DNA from: a virus
Taxonomy: Duplodnaviria > Caudoviricetes
Length of the DNA: 54,511 nt
Virus record (IMG/VR): IMGVR_UViG_3300020450_000031
Coordinates: 1-54,511 of that record
Strand: one strand, 5' to 3'
Below are positions 39,283 to 49,314 of this stretch, in pieces (positions within the stretch are counted from its first letter, which is position 1; every line of letters begins with the position of its first letter). The notes beneath the pieces are model-generated. The model searched no databases and was not told the DNA's origin. It saw only the letters and a program-made list of their open reading frames with translations. The position numbers and the translations under genes are program-made.

Positions 39283-40466
39283 TAGGTATTCACCGACAAT
39301 GGTACATCAGTAGATACTTTTGTACTTCCTGTGCCATCTATTTCCGTGACTATCATTGATGCTTGCCCTTGATAAGGAAGATAAATCTGGTAGTCATTAT
39401 CATTACTAAAATGTATGCAGTATCTAACAAAATCTGTTGTGTTAGGTGTGTCGTAAGTAGCAAAACCGCCAGCGTGAACACTAGCACTATGATGCCAAGA
39501 CAAAATTGCATTAGATGGAGCTGTGTTATCTGTACCATCGCCCCCGTTTCTTATATGCCCTACGTTTAATGTGCTGCCTGTAGTAGTACCCGCAGCAGTA
39601 GTTGATGTACTTCTGCCTATAGTAGCGTATGTATAGCTGGTATTGTTATACCAAGATCCGCACACCTCTATAAGAAACACACTACTGGTAGACATAGGTT
39701 TGCAGATAACAGACAAGATGTTATGCGTTCCTGCGTTTACTGCTGTTAAAGGAAATTGATTTAGCGTAAAACCATCTGTGCTCCAGCCACCTGCACTTGT
39801 ACCTGATGGAAATTTACCTTCCTGTAGACCACTAAACCCAGAAGCTGAGGCTGAAGCTGTTATTATATACTTGTTTAATATAGGTGAATTTAATGGTAGC
39901 CATGCATTATTTTGTGCGTAGAACTCTGGCCTAGCTCCACCATAGTGATCTGTATTATATCTAATATGACCTGTTTGTGGTGATGCTGGTCTTTGAGCAG
40001 TAGTGCCTGCAGGTATAGCAAAAAATCCAGCGTTTGTATTATTTTGACTACTGAAGTCTGTAATATCCAAAGCTGCAAATCCTGCATTACCGCCTGTGCT
40101 TGTTAATACTTGACCATTAGCAGCAGATTGATCTGGTAGTATTTCATCTAAGTCAGACAATACAGTAAGACCACCAGATGTAACTCGTAACTCTATTCTA
40201 TCGTTAGTAGCAAATGCTCTAGCCGTAGTACCTTCTTGTGCTCTAACTATTGTCAGAGTGTCTGTGGCTCTAGCTGTTACTTTTACTATTTCCAGATTAT
40301 TAGTTGTATCTAATAGAGTAGCAAAAAAATATTGATTTCCTGCAAGTGTAGGAAATCTAGCCCCATGTCCTGCAGTTAATACAATAGATGTAGCAGTTGT
40401 AGCATAGGCTTGTGACAACGTACCATATGCATTATTTCCAAATTGTATATCGTGGTAATTTGTCAT
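39282..40466 (-). CDS. tail fibre protein
   Basis: anchor domain, PAGTTAQRP...G.IRYNT motif; start moved to ATG 40466 (ATGA overlap). Confidence 0.8.
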   Translation of the reverse strand: MTNYHDIQFGNNAYGTLSQAYATTATSIVLTAGHGARFPTLAGNQYFFATLLDTTNNLEIVKVTARATDTLTIVRAQEGTTARAFATNDRIELRVTSGGLTVLSDLDEILPDQSAANGQVLTSTGGNAGFAALDITDFSSQNNTNAGFFAIPAGTTAQRPASPQTGHIRYNTDHYGGARPEFYAQNNAWLPLNSPILNKYIITASASASGFSGLQEGKFPSGTSAGGWSTDGFTLNQFPLTAVNAGTHNILSVICKPMSTSSVFLIEVCGSWYNNTSYTYATIGRSTSTTAAGTTTGSTLNVGHIRNGGDGTDNTAPSNAILSWHHSASVHAGGFATYDTPNTTDFVRYCIHFSNDNDYQIYLPYQGQASMIVTEIDGTGSTKVSTDVPLSVNT

Positions 40467-42559
40467 ACTAAGTTCCCATTCCAACTTGCTGTAGTATCCA
40501 ACCCACCTGGAATATCTATTCCAAAACATCCTTCGGGTTGTGGATGTTCTTCAACTAAAAGCATTGCCTGCCCATAATCTGGGTATGGAAAATAAACAGT
40601 GCCAGAATTAACTTGTGATATACAATATAATCTAAAACGTATAAAATCAGTTACTCCTGGTCTAAAAAATTGAACAGCTGACAGATAACCTCTTATAGCA
40701 TTTGGGCCGTGCCAGTTTCCTAGGTCAAAATCCATAGTTGTACCAGTGCCATTTAGATTCAGGCCATCGTGATTACCACCATAGTAAACTGGCGATTGTG
40801 ACTGAGGCTGTTGACTTAAACTATTAGCATTATCAGGCCACGTACCAGGGGTAATTCTACCAGTAGAAAAACCGTTACGTTCAAACTCAGCAGAACCTGA
40901 CAAACTTGCGCTACCTGGATTTGCATCATTAAGCTCTGGTATTTTATACCTGTCATTCATCATGTAACGCCCTACCAGCACTACATTTTTTGCTACTGAA
41001 TTATCATTAGGATTCTTAAACTCTCTAGTATTGTTTGGCTGTGGATCATTGTCCATAAAATCACATAGTACTGCTAAAGATGCATATGAACTATCTTGGT
41101 ATGCAGCTCCACAATAAACCCGTATAGAAAATACTGAATTTACACTAAGCGGTTTACATTTAACCTGAAGATGAGTATGTGGGCCATTAGTAGCGTTAGT
41201 ATCCAACTCCACATTATACGGAGTAGCAGTAAATCCAGCTGCTGTGCCACCCTGTCCAGAAGTAACCATGTACATATTACATGTTCTACCCGAAACAGGC
41301 ATATAAGCATTTTTAGCTGCATTCTTAATACCTGCTTCACCGTTTACAGTGGTAGAAGCTGGAGCAGCTATATCTCTTTTATAATACACAGTGTCAGGTT
41401 GAGACGAACTCATCTCTGTACCTAACTGTGTAGTTCTGCTTTCAATAAATTGTATTCTGTTATTTTGTGGTATAGTCACATTATTATTTAACGTAAGGGT
41501 AACTGAATAATTAGATGCCCCAAAATTTGCCATAGTACATGCTACTATATGTGTACCTACAGGTACATTTATATCACTAGCGTCACCAGCAACTGGTACT
41601 AAATATTTACCCACCCACTGATCAGCTGTAATTGTTATGATAGCATCAAAGCTACCAGTGCCAGCTATACTTGTTGTTCTGCGTACAGTATCAAGAACTA
41701 CAGTAGTACTGTTAGATACAGCATTGGTAGAGTTTGCAGTTACCCATTCGCCAAAAGCGCCATGCTCATCATCATTTTCTGCTATATTTGCTAAGTACGC
41801 AAGAGAACCTACACTTACAGGAATATCATGGTCTTCTGCATGAGAATACAATGACGTATCATCGCTACTGGTGTTAGTAGAATACGTAGCTGCAGCATTA
41901 CTTGCAGTGTTAGTTGTATACGTTAATGTTTCTGTAGCATTTCGTACATGGGGTAAATATGGATGACCTCGCACAGGTATATTTATATACCCTGTATCAG
42001 TATTATTATCTTCAGATATATCAGCTGGGCTTAGCGCTGTGTAAGTAGCATTAGTACCATCTGATTTTAACGCAAACTTAATATCTTGATCTTCTTTATC
42101 TGAAGCTGTTGCAGTAAGTGTTTCTCCAGCTGCAGAAGGATTACTCCTAAAAACTTTTGCATGAGTGCCTGTTGTAGTACGAAACTTAAATTTATCAGGC
42201 TGAGTAGGAAAATCAGGTAAAACATTATCTAAATCAAATAGATCATTAACAGAATTAGCTGTTGTACGAATTTCTACAGAATCACCAGCTGAAAATGTAT
42301 TGTTTAGATTTCTAGCAGTACCATCTGCTTGTTTAATTGTTAGAGTATCTGCACTCCTAGCAGTTACACGCATAACCTCTGTATTAGTAGCGAGAGCTGC
42401 AGAAGTAACTGTTATATAAAAATATTCATTTGTACCTAGTGTAGGAAACTTACCACCTTCCCCGCCTAACAAAGACAAAGTACCTTGGTTAGCAGAAATG
42501 CCTCCTGCTAAAGAACCTTTAGCACTATTGGCTGTTTTTACTAACGAGTGATTTGTCAT
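40463..42559 (-). CDS. tail fibre protein
   Basis: same anchor domain; Thr/Ser/Asn-rich beta content. Confidence 0.8.
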   Translation of the reverse strand: MTNHSLVKTANSAKGSLAGGISANQGTLSLLGGEGGKFPTLGTNEYFYITVTSAALATNTEVMRVTARSADTLTIKQADGTARNLNNTFSAGDSVEIRTTANSVNDLFDLDNVLPDFPTQPDKFKFRTTTGTHAKVFRSNPSAAGETLTATASDKEDQDIKFALKSDGTNATYTALSPADISEDNNTDTGYINIPVRGHPYLPHVRNATETLTYTTNTASNAAATYSTNTSSDDTSLYSHAEDHDIPVSVGSLAYLANIAENDDEHGAFGEWVTANSTNAVSNSTTVVLDTVRRTTSIAGTGSFDAIITITADQWVGKYLVPVAGDASDINVPVGTHIVACTMANFGASNYSVTLTLNNNVTIPQNNRIQFIESRTTQLGTEMSSSQPDTVYYKRDIAAPASTTVNGEAGIKNAAKNAYMPVSGRTCNMYMVTSGQGGTAAGFTATPYNVELDTNATNGPHTHLQVKCKPLSVNSVFSIRVYCGAAYQDSSYASLAVLCDFMDNDPQPNNTREFKNPNDNSVAKNVVLVGRYMMNDRYKIPELNDANPGSASLSGSAEFERNGFSTGRITPGTWPDNANSLSQQPQSQSPVYYGGNHDGLNLNGTGTTMDFDLGNWHGPNAIRGYLSAVQFFRPGVTDFIRFRLYCISQVNSGTVYFPYPDYGQAMLLVEEHPQPEGCFGIDIPGGLDTTASWNGNLV

Positions 42560-43000
42560 CTACGACACCGTTACTGTCCACGTAATCGCTAACGTATCAT
42601 TAGCACCTTTGTTAATTACACTAAATACTGTACGGCATAACATAGTGCCGCCGCTTGAAGCATTTAAAATAGCTGCTTCAGTTAATGCACCTGTTCCTTG
42701 CCCGTTACCAAATGTTGAAGAATAAGTAACTTGACCACCAGATACAGCAGTACTTGTAAGTGCCTGCCTATTTGCCTCTGTGACCAGTGCTGTCTGACCT
42801 GCAGCTGCTGCTGTAGTCCCAGTACCAATCGCCATGTGACTCATAGCAGTGGCAGTAGCATCTTTCATACGTGACGCTATATACTCTTTACCCGTAGTTA
42901 CAACCAGGTTATCAATATCACGTTCATCTTTTATAATACCCATCTCATCGACAAGTAATAGGTTTAGACGACCTGTAACTGTAATTTCTTCATCAAACAT
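42560..43000 (-). CDS. virion structural protein
   Basis: NLVVT.G, MAIGTG, LTEA, LCRTVF..INK...DTL.ITWT; GGAGG before ATG 43000. Confidence 0.75.
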   Translation of the reverse strand: MFDEEITVTGRLNLLLVDEMGIIKDERDIDNLVVTTGKEYIASRMKDATATAMSHMAIGTGTTAAAAGQTALVTEANRQALTSTAVSGGQVTYSSTFGNGQGTGALTEAAILNASSGGTMLCRTVFSVINKGANDTLAITWTVTVS

Positions 43001-43011
43001 ATACACCTCCA

Positions 43012-43788
43012 TTAAGTGCTAAAGAGCTGCAGCGCAAACTCTTCTTTGAAAGGAGGTGTTTCGCTAACTAACCCAGCTGAGTTAAATAGCCCGCCGTCTC
43101 CCTCAAAGAATGCACCTATCTCATACGTGTTGTCAGATGCACTAATTGAATCTACCACGGGCTTAGTGGTTTGTAAAACTATATTTTGAGAAACTGACAC
43201 ACTGTCTGATGGTGTATGAGTTGGTAAAACTCTAGTAAAGTCAAACACATCATTCATAGTAACTGTATCGCCAGCCATTGTAGCTGACACAGAGAATGTT
43301 GGATCATCAGTTACAGTAGGAGTTTCCTCTGGATTAAACCCAACTGTAAACACTTGTGCATCGCTAAGACTAAAAGTGTCAGCTAATGGTCTGCTTACAG
43401 AAAGAAACGGAGTGTCAGTTATTAAAGGTGTGTCAGCAAATACAGGAGAAATACTAAACACTATGTCTTGTGTTGCAGTTACAGTGTCAGCAAACAAAGG
43501 CTGTATACTAAATATAGGATCGCCATCAACTACAGGAAAAGATACTGCAGGTAGGTTTTCAAAAGGAATAGCTTTGAACCGTAAAAGTATCTCGTGATTC
43601 TGTGGTTCTGCCCTTGCTCTGTATATTTTATCAGTGACTATGGGATCAGCAGAAAATGCTATCTCACTATCCTGTGGCTCTACATTTAATGTTATGCCAC
43701 CACCATCATATGCTATGCCAGCGGTAGGAGCTGCTACGTTAAAAGCCAGCCCACCTTGAGTAGCGGCTTTCAAACGTATATTTGCCAT
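43012..43788 (-). CDS. virion structural protein with ~19-aa acidic beta repeats
   Basis: repeated (F/L)ADT...(T/S)D...FS units. Confidence 0.65.
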   Translation of the reverse strand: MANIRLKAATQGGLAFNVAAPTAGIAYDGGGITLNVEPQDSEIAFSADPIVTDKIYRARAEPQNHEILLRFKAIPFENLPAVSFPVVDGDPIFSIQPLFADTVTATQDIVFSISPVFADTPLITDTPFLSVSRPLADTFSLSDAQVFTVGFNPEETPTVTDDPTFSVSATMAGDTVTMNDVFDFTRVLPTHTPSDSVSVSQNIVLQTTKPVVDSISASDNTYEIGAFFEGDGGLFNSAGLVSETPPFKEEFALQLFST

Positions 43789-44120
43789 TAGAAATTATCC
43801 CGTACTCTAAACTTCATAAGGTCATAAACAGTTTGGACAGCACCGTTAAAATCTATATTTACTTCACCTTCATACATCCCAGGATCTACATTAAGCACAC
43901 CCCCAGCGAAATCAAACTGGATTTGCCCTGTAGTACCACCGCCGACTTTAACTGTGGATATTGTAGAAAGAACAGTAGTCGTATTTTGTTTACGAAACTT
44001 TACAGTAACTGTAGTTGTACCAGCGCTAAGATCTATAGCAGACCCAGTGTTATCATCCGTTAAAGTAACTACAATGTCAGGTTTAGTGTTACCTTTTACT
44101 AATCTAATTACATCTGCCAT
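43788..44120 (-). CDS. BppU-like virion protein
   Basis: L..G.T.P....L.D..G..IDL, G.YEGEV, F.VR. Confidence 0.6.
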   Translation of the reverse strand: MADVIRLVKGNTKPDIVVTLTDDNTGSAIDLSAGTTTVTVKFRKQNTTTVLSTISTVKVGGGTTGQIQFDFAGGVLNVDPGMYEGEVNIDFNGAVQTVYDLMKFRVRDNF

Positions 44121-44128
44121 ATATCACC

Positions 44129-44782
44129 TCAACATCCAAAAGCTACTGGTTTCACACGTAGAGAATTTCTAGCAGCACCTAGATTAGCTCTGGCTCTTCG
44201 CTCTGCAGTTTTATGCAAAAATTGCTTAGCGTGATACGCAGCTAACTCTCTGTCTGACCATGTTCGTTCTGGTAAGATCAATAAGTTCTGTAATGCTCCG
44301 TGCATAATAATATTTTCTAATTCGTCAAAAGCTGTAGTATCCATATCTATGGCTGTGCGTAACGGTTTAACAGCAATAACCATACGTATCTCGTAAGTTT
44401 TAGCATTGTCAGGCGTAGGCGTTACGATAAATGTATCAGCATCAAGTTGTGAGATGTACCTTGGAATGCCATAATCAGCGGCTACAAAATCAGGCCACTT
44501 AGGAAATCTATCTTGAAAATCTTCTAAAGGTAATGCCGTCATATGAGTGCCATCAAGAGAAGCACTTAAAAACGCATGAACCTCAGTGTTAGTTGGGGGG
44601 TCATAGGGATAATCATACACCCCTGTAGTTAATGGTATTTTAGTTTGTATATGTCTATAAGCCAAAGTTTTTTCACACGCATCTATAGCAGCATCTCTCA
44701 CATACTGTTCTATAACAGGCTGCGGACATCCTGGGACACTGGGTGATAACCTTGGCACTAGACTGTCGAATCTTGTTGGCAT
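44129..44782 (-). CDS. head-tail adaptor / tail tubular protein
   Basis: VPGCP...I...R.AAI..C; position. Confidence 0.7.
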   Translation of the reverse strand: MPTRFDSLVPRLSPSVPGCPQPVIEQYVRDAAIDACEKTLAYRHIQTKIPLTTGVYDYPYDPPTNTEVHAFLSASLDGTHMTALPLEDFQDRFPKWPDFVAADYGIPRYISQLDADTFIVTPTPDNAKTYEIRMVIAVKPLRTAIDMDTTAFDELENIIMHGALQNLLILPERTWSDRELAAYHAKQFLHKTAERRARANLGAARNSLRVKPVAFGC

Positions 44783-45429
44783 TAGACAACCTCCTCTTCA
44801 GGTATTCCGCCACCTTCTGTATCAGTAATCTGTCTGGTCTGTGATGATATACCAAGTGCTTGTGAGAAGGACTGCTGGAAAAGTGCAGCTCTATTTGAGT
44901 TAACATGCTCATTATCTATAGACTCCGCTAAAAATACTGTGCCATCTACAATAGCAGGAAAGTATGCATCAGGTAGTAAAGCTACTGCTTGTGCTCCTGT
45001 GTAGATAGGCGGAGTCTGCGCATACTCAATTACTATTTCGTGAGCGCTAGGAGCTTTCGGATAAATAAAAAACTTATTTGGGTTACGTATGTTTCTAATC
45101 CAGTTAATGGTTTGAGCAGCATTATCAGTCATCCAAGCTGGATATGCCTGATCTAAGACTTCTCGTGTAGTTTCTATAATCCCATTCCCATTAACGTTAT
45201 AATAGACTTCCATTAATCTAATAGAATCAGTAGGTGCTGATTGTACAACTGTACCAGCGACACAAGTTAGATTTGTCTGCAATGAAAACAAATCAGGTCT
45301 AAATATAGCTGTTCTTCTTAAAACCTGATTAGCAAACTGCAACAACATAGCATCTGTATAACGATACCCTGTTGAGTCTGTATCCTGTATTAGATCACGG
45401 ACTTCCGCTATAACATCATTTAGAATCAT
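44782..45429 (-). CDS. head-tail adaptor (DUF6682-like)
   Basis: R.LIQD...RY....L, RPD, F.IYP. Confidence 0.7.
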   Translation of the reverse strand: MILNDVIAEVRDLIQDTDSTGYRYTDAMLLQFANQVLRRTAIFRPDLFSLQTNLTCVAGTVVQSAPTDSIRLMEVYYNVNGNGIIETTREVLDQAYPAWMTDNAAQTINWIRNIRNPNKFFIYPKAPSAHEIVIEYAQTPPIYTGAQAVALLPDAYFPAIVDGTVFLAESIDNEHVNSNRAALFQQSFSQALGISSQTRQITDTEGGGIPEEEVV

Positions 45430-45733
45430 CTACCCAAGCCTCATTCTCAGGCGTATCAGGATCATCAGCTATATAATGACCTTTATCATTTCTAGCTCTG
45501 GATAAACCTTTTGTAGCCTCTTCTTCTAACTCTGCAGAAACTTTAGGTGTGTCATCCACAACTTCTGTCTCCATGTTTACCTTAGCCTTACGCCCTTTTT
45601 GTTTTTTAGTTATAAATTTTTCTGGGAATGCTTCTTCCTCAGTAACTTCTTTAGTTAAAGGATTAGCGGCTAGGATTTCATTCCACCCATAGATTTCGCC
45701 ATCCTTTATATTTTTTAACCATCTTTTGGTCAT
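45416..45733 (-). CDS. hypothetical protein with C-terminal RAR...G...ADDP.TP.NEAW motif
   Basis: ATGA overlap, AAGGAG SD. Confidence 0.75.
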   Translation of the reverse strand: MTKRWLKNIKDGEIYGWNEILAANPLTKEVTEEEAFPEKFITKKQKGRKAKVNMETEVVDDTPKVSAELEEEATKGLSRARNDKGHYIADDPDTPENEAWVDDSK

Positions 45734-46008
45734 TTCTTTCTCCTTCTTACTGATTTAACTCGCCTTGGCTTTCCTGCTGGTTGTCCAAGTCGTTTTTTCT
45801 GTTCGATCCTACTTTTCTTTTCGGATGCACTAAGTTCACTAGATGTTTTGGGAGTCTTAGAACTGACACGCTTGGATGGGCGACAATATGGAGTACCCCG
45901 TTTTTCACCTTTACGTCTGCCACATGCCTTCCCCGTACGAACGTCAACCCATTTCTCCTTGAACCATCGTTTTAATTTTGCCCCTTCCGCTGTTTTTCTG
46001 ACCGCCAT
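45730..46008 (-). CDS. highly basic small protein (LKRWFKEKWVD...CGR...PYCRP)
   Basis: operon position, K/R-rich. Confidence 0.8.
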   Translation of the reverse strand: MAVRKTAEGAKLKRWFKEKWVDVRTGKACGRRKGEKRGTPYCRPSKRVSSKTPKTSSELSASEKKSRIEQKKRLGQPAGKPRRVKSVRRRKK

Positions 46009-46009
46009 A

Positions 46010-46165
46010 TCATTTTTTCTTTCTGGTAGTCTTCTTAACTTTAGAGTTGCCCCAATTAGAAGCGCCTACTTTTCTACATTTAGCTAAAGCCCCTGAAGCA
46101 TATGCTGAGGGCCAAACTTTGTAGCGGCTCTTCACCTTATGATAACATGCGTCTTTCTTACCCAT
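46010..46165 (-). CDS. 51-aa basic protein (MGKKDACYHKVKSRYKVWPSAYASGALAKCRK...)
   Basis: translated by hand; fills gap exactly. Confidence 0.8.
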   Translation of the reverse strand: MGKKDACYHKVKSRYKVWPSAYASGALAKCRKVGASNWGNSKVKKTTRKKK

Positions 46166-46168
46166 AAC

Positions 46169-46414
46169 TTACCATTTCTTGCATGACCAATATCTAGCTG
46201 TCATCTTAGACGGTGGCCTGCTGTCACAACCATGTCTAGCACGAAAGTTCTTTCTGCGACCTGGCTGATTCTTTTTAATCTTCATATTGGCATCGCCAAA
46301 TCGAATGATCTTTTCTTTACCATTCTGACACGCTTTAACAACAAACTTCTTACCGCCAGATACCTGACGCTTCGGTTTGTTACATGCCATCTTTGACTTA
46401 TCAATTTTTGCCAT
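46169..46414 (-). CDS. basic small protein (FG...RRKNFRARH.C...RYWSCKKW)
   Basis: TAATG-coupled; K/R-rich with Cys/His. Confidence 0.8.
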   Translation of the reverse strand: MAKIDKSKMACNKPKRQVSGGKKFVVKACQNGKEKIIRFGDANMKIKKNQPGRRKNFRARHGCDSRPPSKMTARYWSCKKW

Positions 46415-46584
46415 TATGACTTCGCAACTTTTTTTGCTCTAGCAGATAAATCTTTGAAATGCACAACAACTTTAGATGTCTTAGTATGTGTCTTACCCGT
46501 GTGGATAGACCCATTAGGCATCTTATGCACTGCACCTTTATGCTCTTTACCTGACTTGAAATAATGTTTTGTTCCTGCACCCAT
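46414..46584 (-). CDS. 56-aa His/Lys-rich protein (MGAGTKHYFKSGKEHKGAVHKMPNG...)
   Basis: translated by hand; AAGGA SD; TAATG overlap. Confidence 0.8.
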   Translation of the reverse strand: MGAGTKHYFKSGKEHKGAVHKMPNGSIHTGKTHTKTSKVVVHFKDLSARAKKVAKS

Positions 46585-46602
46585 AACTAAGTCCTTATAG
46601 AG

Positions 46603-46642
46603 TAGGGGGGCATCGCAGTGCGAACCCTAACCCGCCCCCCTA
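46603..46642 (-). other. GC-rich hairpin after capsid genes (mRNA stabiliser or weak terminator)
   Basis: TAGGGGGGC ... GCCCCCCTA 9-bp stem, no U-tract. Confidence 0.6.
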
Positions 46643-46647
46643 ATCCT

Positions 46648-47124
46648 TTAGGCGACTGTTGAACAATCAACAACCACTGCCCAAACTTTAATCCTAGCCG
46701 CATCAGTCACAGCTCCAGACACACCGATAAGCATATCAATGGTATCTGCAGTTGCAAAATAGTGGCTTTGATTATCGCCAGATAAAAGTGCACCGTTTGA
46801 AGATGTAGTACCAGCTGAATTAGCATCGCCCCCATCAACAAAACCGTCAACATCTCCGCCTGTAAGACCGAGATCAAATGTTGACGCTGCACCTTCAGCA
46901 GTAATAGTAGTTGCACCAACGGCTAACACTAGCGTATTAGCTGGAATCGAAAGTACTTCGATGGAATCACCAGCGGCAAGAGCTGTAGCACCTGCTGTAG
47001 CCCTAGCTGTAGTAATAGCAGCGAAGTCCAAATCAACTTCCATGTACCCGACCCTGGTTAAGCCCTTAGCTGGATGTCCAGCAGAACCTTTATCAAAGCC
47101 GTGTGAGTCTGTATAAGCAGCCAT
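46648..47124 (-). CDS. capsid decoration / minor capsid protein
   Basis: directly after MCP; AGGAGG SD; IPANT.V, Ala/Gly/Thr-rich beta protein. Confidence 0.72.
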   Translation of the reverse strand: MAAYTDSHGFDKGSAGHPAKGLTRVGYMEVDLDFAAITTARATAGATALAAGDSIEVLSIPANTLVLAVGATTITAEGAASTFDLGLTGGDVDGFVDGGDANSAGTTSSNGALLSGDNQSHYFATADTIDMLIGVSGAVTDAARIKVWAVVVDCSTVA

Positions 47125-47136
47125 CTGATCCTCCTA

Positions 47137-48042
47137 TTAAAGAGTAACAACCATCGTGGCAAGAGCTTCAGGCTTAACGACTTTATAGCCGTAAACTTGA
47201 AGACCACGAATGATGTTACCAAAAGTTGTTTCAGAACGGATAGTTTCCATATTTGTCATCTGAGATGCAAATGTGAAGCCCATATTGTGTCCACCGATAA
47301 CGCTGAACTCAGAACCGTTCTTGTAAAGATTGTGGCTTACATAAACAGTAAACCTATCAATCATGCCCAAACGTCCGTTACGAAGAGGTGTATTACCATC
47401 TCCAGTAATAGACGCATCCTTCAGATCAGATTGCTTGATCATGCCAGCCATCTTAGCAGGAATCACTATGAAGCGATCTCCTTCAGGACAGTTAGCTTCG
47501 TCAAGCACAGTACCCATATCAATGATCTTACCAATAACATTATTGGCAGTAATTGCTTCTGGAGTACCAGCCACACCAAGGTCAATGTCACCAGAAATTC
47601 TTCCAGCGGCAGTGCCTTTATTACTAGCGTGAACATCAGTAAGCATGTCAGTCAAGACTCTTTGATCAATCTTGATTTTCATTCTTTCTGAAGCGTCTTT
47701 TGACCACTGATCCATCATATTGATGTCAGCTTGTACTTCGTCTACATCATCTTCGATACATGCGAAATACTCACCTTTGTCAATAAGCAGCTGTAGCTTT
47801 GGCTTATCAGGCTGCTCTACATTAAGAGTCTGACCCTTAACGTAAGTTTGGATAGTGATTTCAGGGGTTGTACGGATATTAACCGTATCACCCATGCTAC
47901 GAATCTCACCTTCGTAGGAGGTGTTAGAGATTGCTGCGAGCACTGTTGCATCGTAGAAATTCTCAATGAGCTTCCCAGACCATATTTCAGGAATAAAATT
48001 CCCTGTATATGAGGGATGCCCAGGGGATGTTGCGTATGCCAT
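47137..48042 (-). CDS. major capsid protein (P22 coat-like family)
   Basis: FIPEIWS..L, YEGEI...GDTV.I, RGL.VYG.KV..P; after scaffold. Confidence 0.92.
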   Translation of the reverse strand: MAYATSPGHPSYTGNFIPEIWSGKLIENFYDATVLAAISNTSYEGEIRSMGDTVNIRTTPEITIQTYVKGQTLNVEQPDKPKLQLLIDKGEYFACIEDDVDEVQADINMMDQWSKDASERMKIKIDQRVLTDMLTDVHASNKGTAAGRISGDIDLGVAGTPEAITANNVIGKIIDMGTVLDEANCPEGDRFIVIPAKMAGMIKQSDLKDASITGDGNTPLRNGRLGMIDRFTVYVSHNLYKNGSEFSVIGGHNMGFTFASQMTNMETIRSETTFGNIIRGLQVYGYKVVKPEALATMVVTL

Positions 48043-48061
48043 TTTGGCCTCCTAACACATT

Positions 48062-49057
48062 TTAAGTTATGCGACCCTCTGCCTGAGCAGCAAAGATGTC
48101 ACGTTCAATTTTTGCCCTCTCCTCATCACGACCTTTGAACTTGCCTTTTCGTACATCGTCATAAAACGCAGCTATATCAGCTGTGCTATATGATGGTTTA
48201 GATCCAGCGGGTGTGTTAGCCCCAGCACTTCTGCTTTTCTTAGGGGCAACCTGTTGCTTAAGTTCGTCTTGATTTGTGGACTTCACCTGTTGAGCAGATC
48301 CGTTACCGTTTAAGTCTGACCAAGATGTGAAGAATGCTGCTACCCTGTCAACATCATAACGCCTCTGAGCATCTTCAAGATATGCTTGCCTTGCCATACC
48401 CGATAGTGGGTCAACTTCTAACAACCACGTTTGAAAATTTTCATTCTCGTTAATACTTTGCCAGTCTGGAACAATAGTAGAAAGTTTAGACCAGAATAAT
48501 TGCTCTTGAGTATCACCAACTTGATTAGCTAGTTGTTGAACTTGCGGAACAGTATTCTGTGCCATTTGAGCAATTTGTGCTTTCAAAGCGCTAACTTCTC
48601 CTAACAAATTACCCGTCTCTTCTTTGGTAACTTTACGCATAATATCTATAGACTCACCATACTCGTTAAGCTCTTCGTCACTTAGTATTGGCTTCGGAGG
48701 TTCTTGCGGCTGTTGCTTCTGTTGGTTAATAGTCGCAATCAACTGCTCAAACTGGTTTATCTTAGATCCTTGTTCCTGCACCATTTGTTTTAGCTGGGGA
48801 ACTTCTGCGTTATACATTCCTTGAAGAGTCTTGTACTTTTGTTGCCAATTAGTACCCTTCTCTTGATTGTCCTCTGAGTGCTCTCCAGAAGACTCGACCG
48901 CAACTTCTTCTACACTGTCGGCAGGGGGAATAGTCTCAGTGGCCTCCGCCTCTTCTTGAGGGGCCTCCTGATTCTCATTCACTTCATCAGTGTTTAATTC
49001 TTTATACAACTCTTGTACTGCCTCAGACTGTTTCTGAACTTGCTTTGGTATTGCCAT
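48062..49057 (-). CDS. scaffolding protein
   Basis: acidic coiled-coil, KYKTLQGMYNAEVP, C-terminal AA.AEGRI; between portal and MCP. Confidence 0.85.
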   Translation of the reverse strand: MAIPKQVQKQSEAVQELYKELNTDEVNENQEAPQEEAEATETIPPADSVEEVAVESSGEHSEDNQEKGTNWQQKYKTLQGMYNAEVPQLKQMVQEQGSKINQFEQLIATINQQKQQPQEPPKPILSDEELNEYGESIDIMRKVTKEETGNLLGEVSALKAQIAQMAQNTVPQVQQLANQVGDTQEQLFWSKLSTIVPDWQSINENENFQTWLLEVDPLSGMARQAYLEDAQRRYDVDRVAAFFTSWSDLNGNGSAQQVKSTNQDELKQQVAPKKSRSAGANTPAGSKPSYSTADIAAFYDDVRKGKFKGRDEERAKIERDIFAAQAEGRIT

Positions 49058-49098
49058 TTTTCGCTCCTTAAGGTATGCGTGTTAGGCGGCTGGTCATA

Positions 49099-49314
49099 CT
49101 AAACCTTTGCCGCTGTTGATGGGGCTTCTTTAATTAACTTGACTATTTCGCCAAGAACTTGACACCGCCCCTGTTGTAGTGCCACGTTATTAATGACACT
49201 TGGTAAGGTTTCTAACTCATGTAACCTCCAAGCCTCAATAAATTCTAATATCTCTGGAAACTGTTTGGATACAGCCGCCAGACTTTGTAATGTTTTAGCA
49301 TCAGGTCTAATCAT
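49099..49314 (-). CDS. small conserved head-module protein
   Basis: QGR..VL motif; follows portal. Confidence 0.75.
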   Translation of the reverse strand: MIRPDAKTLQSLAAVSKQFPEILEFIEAWRLHELETLPSVINNVALQQGRCQVLGEIVKLIKEAPSTAAKV

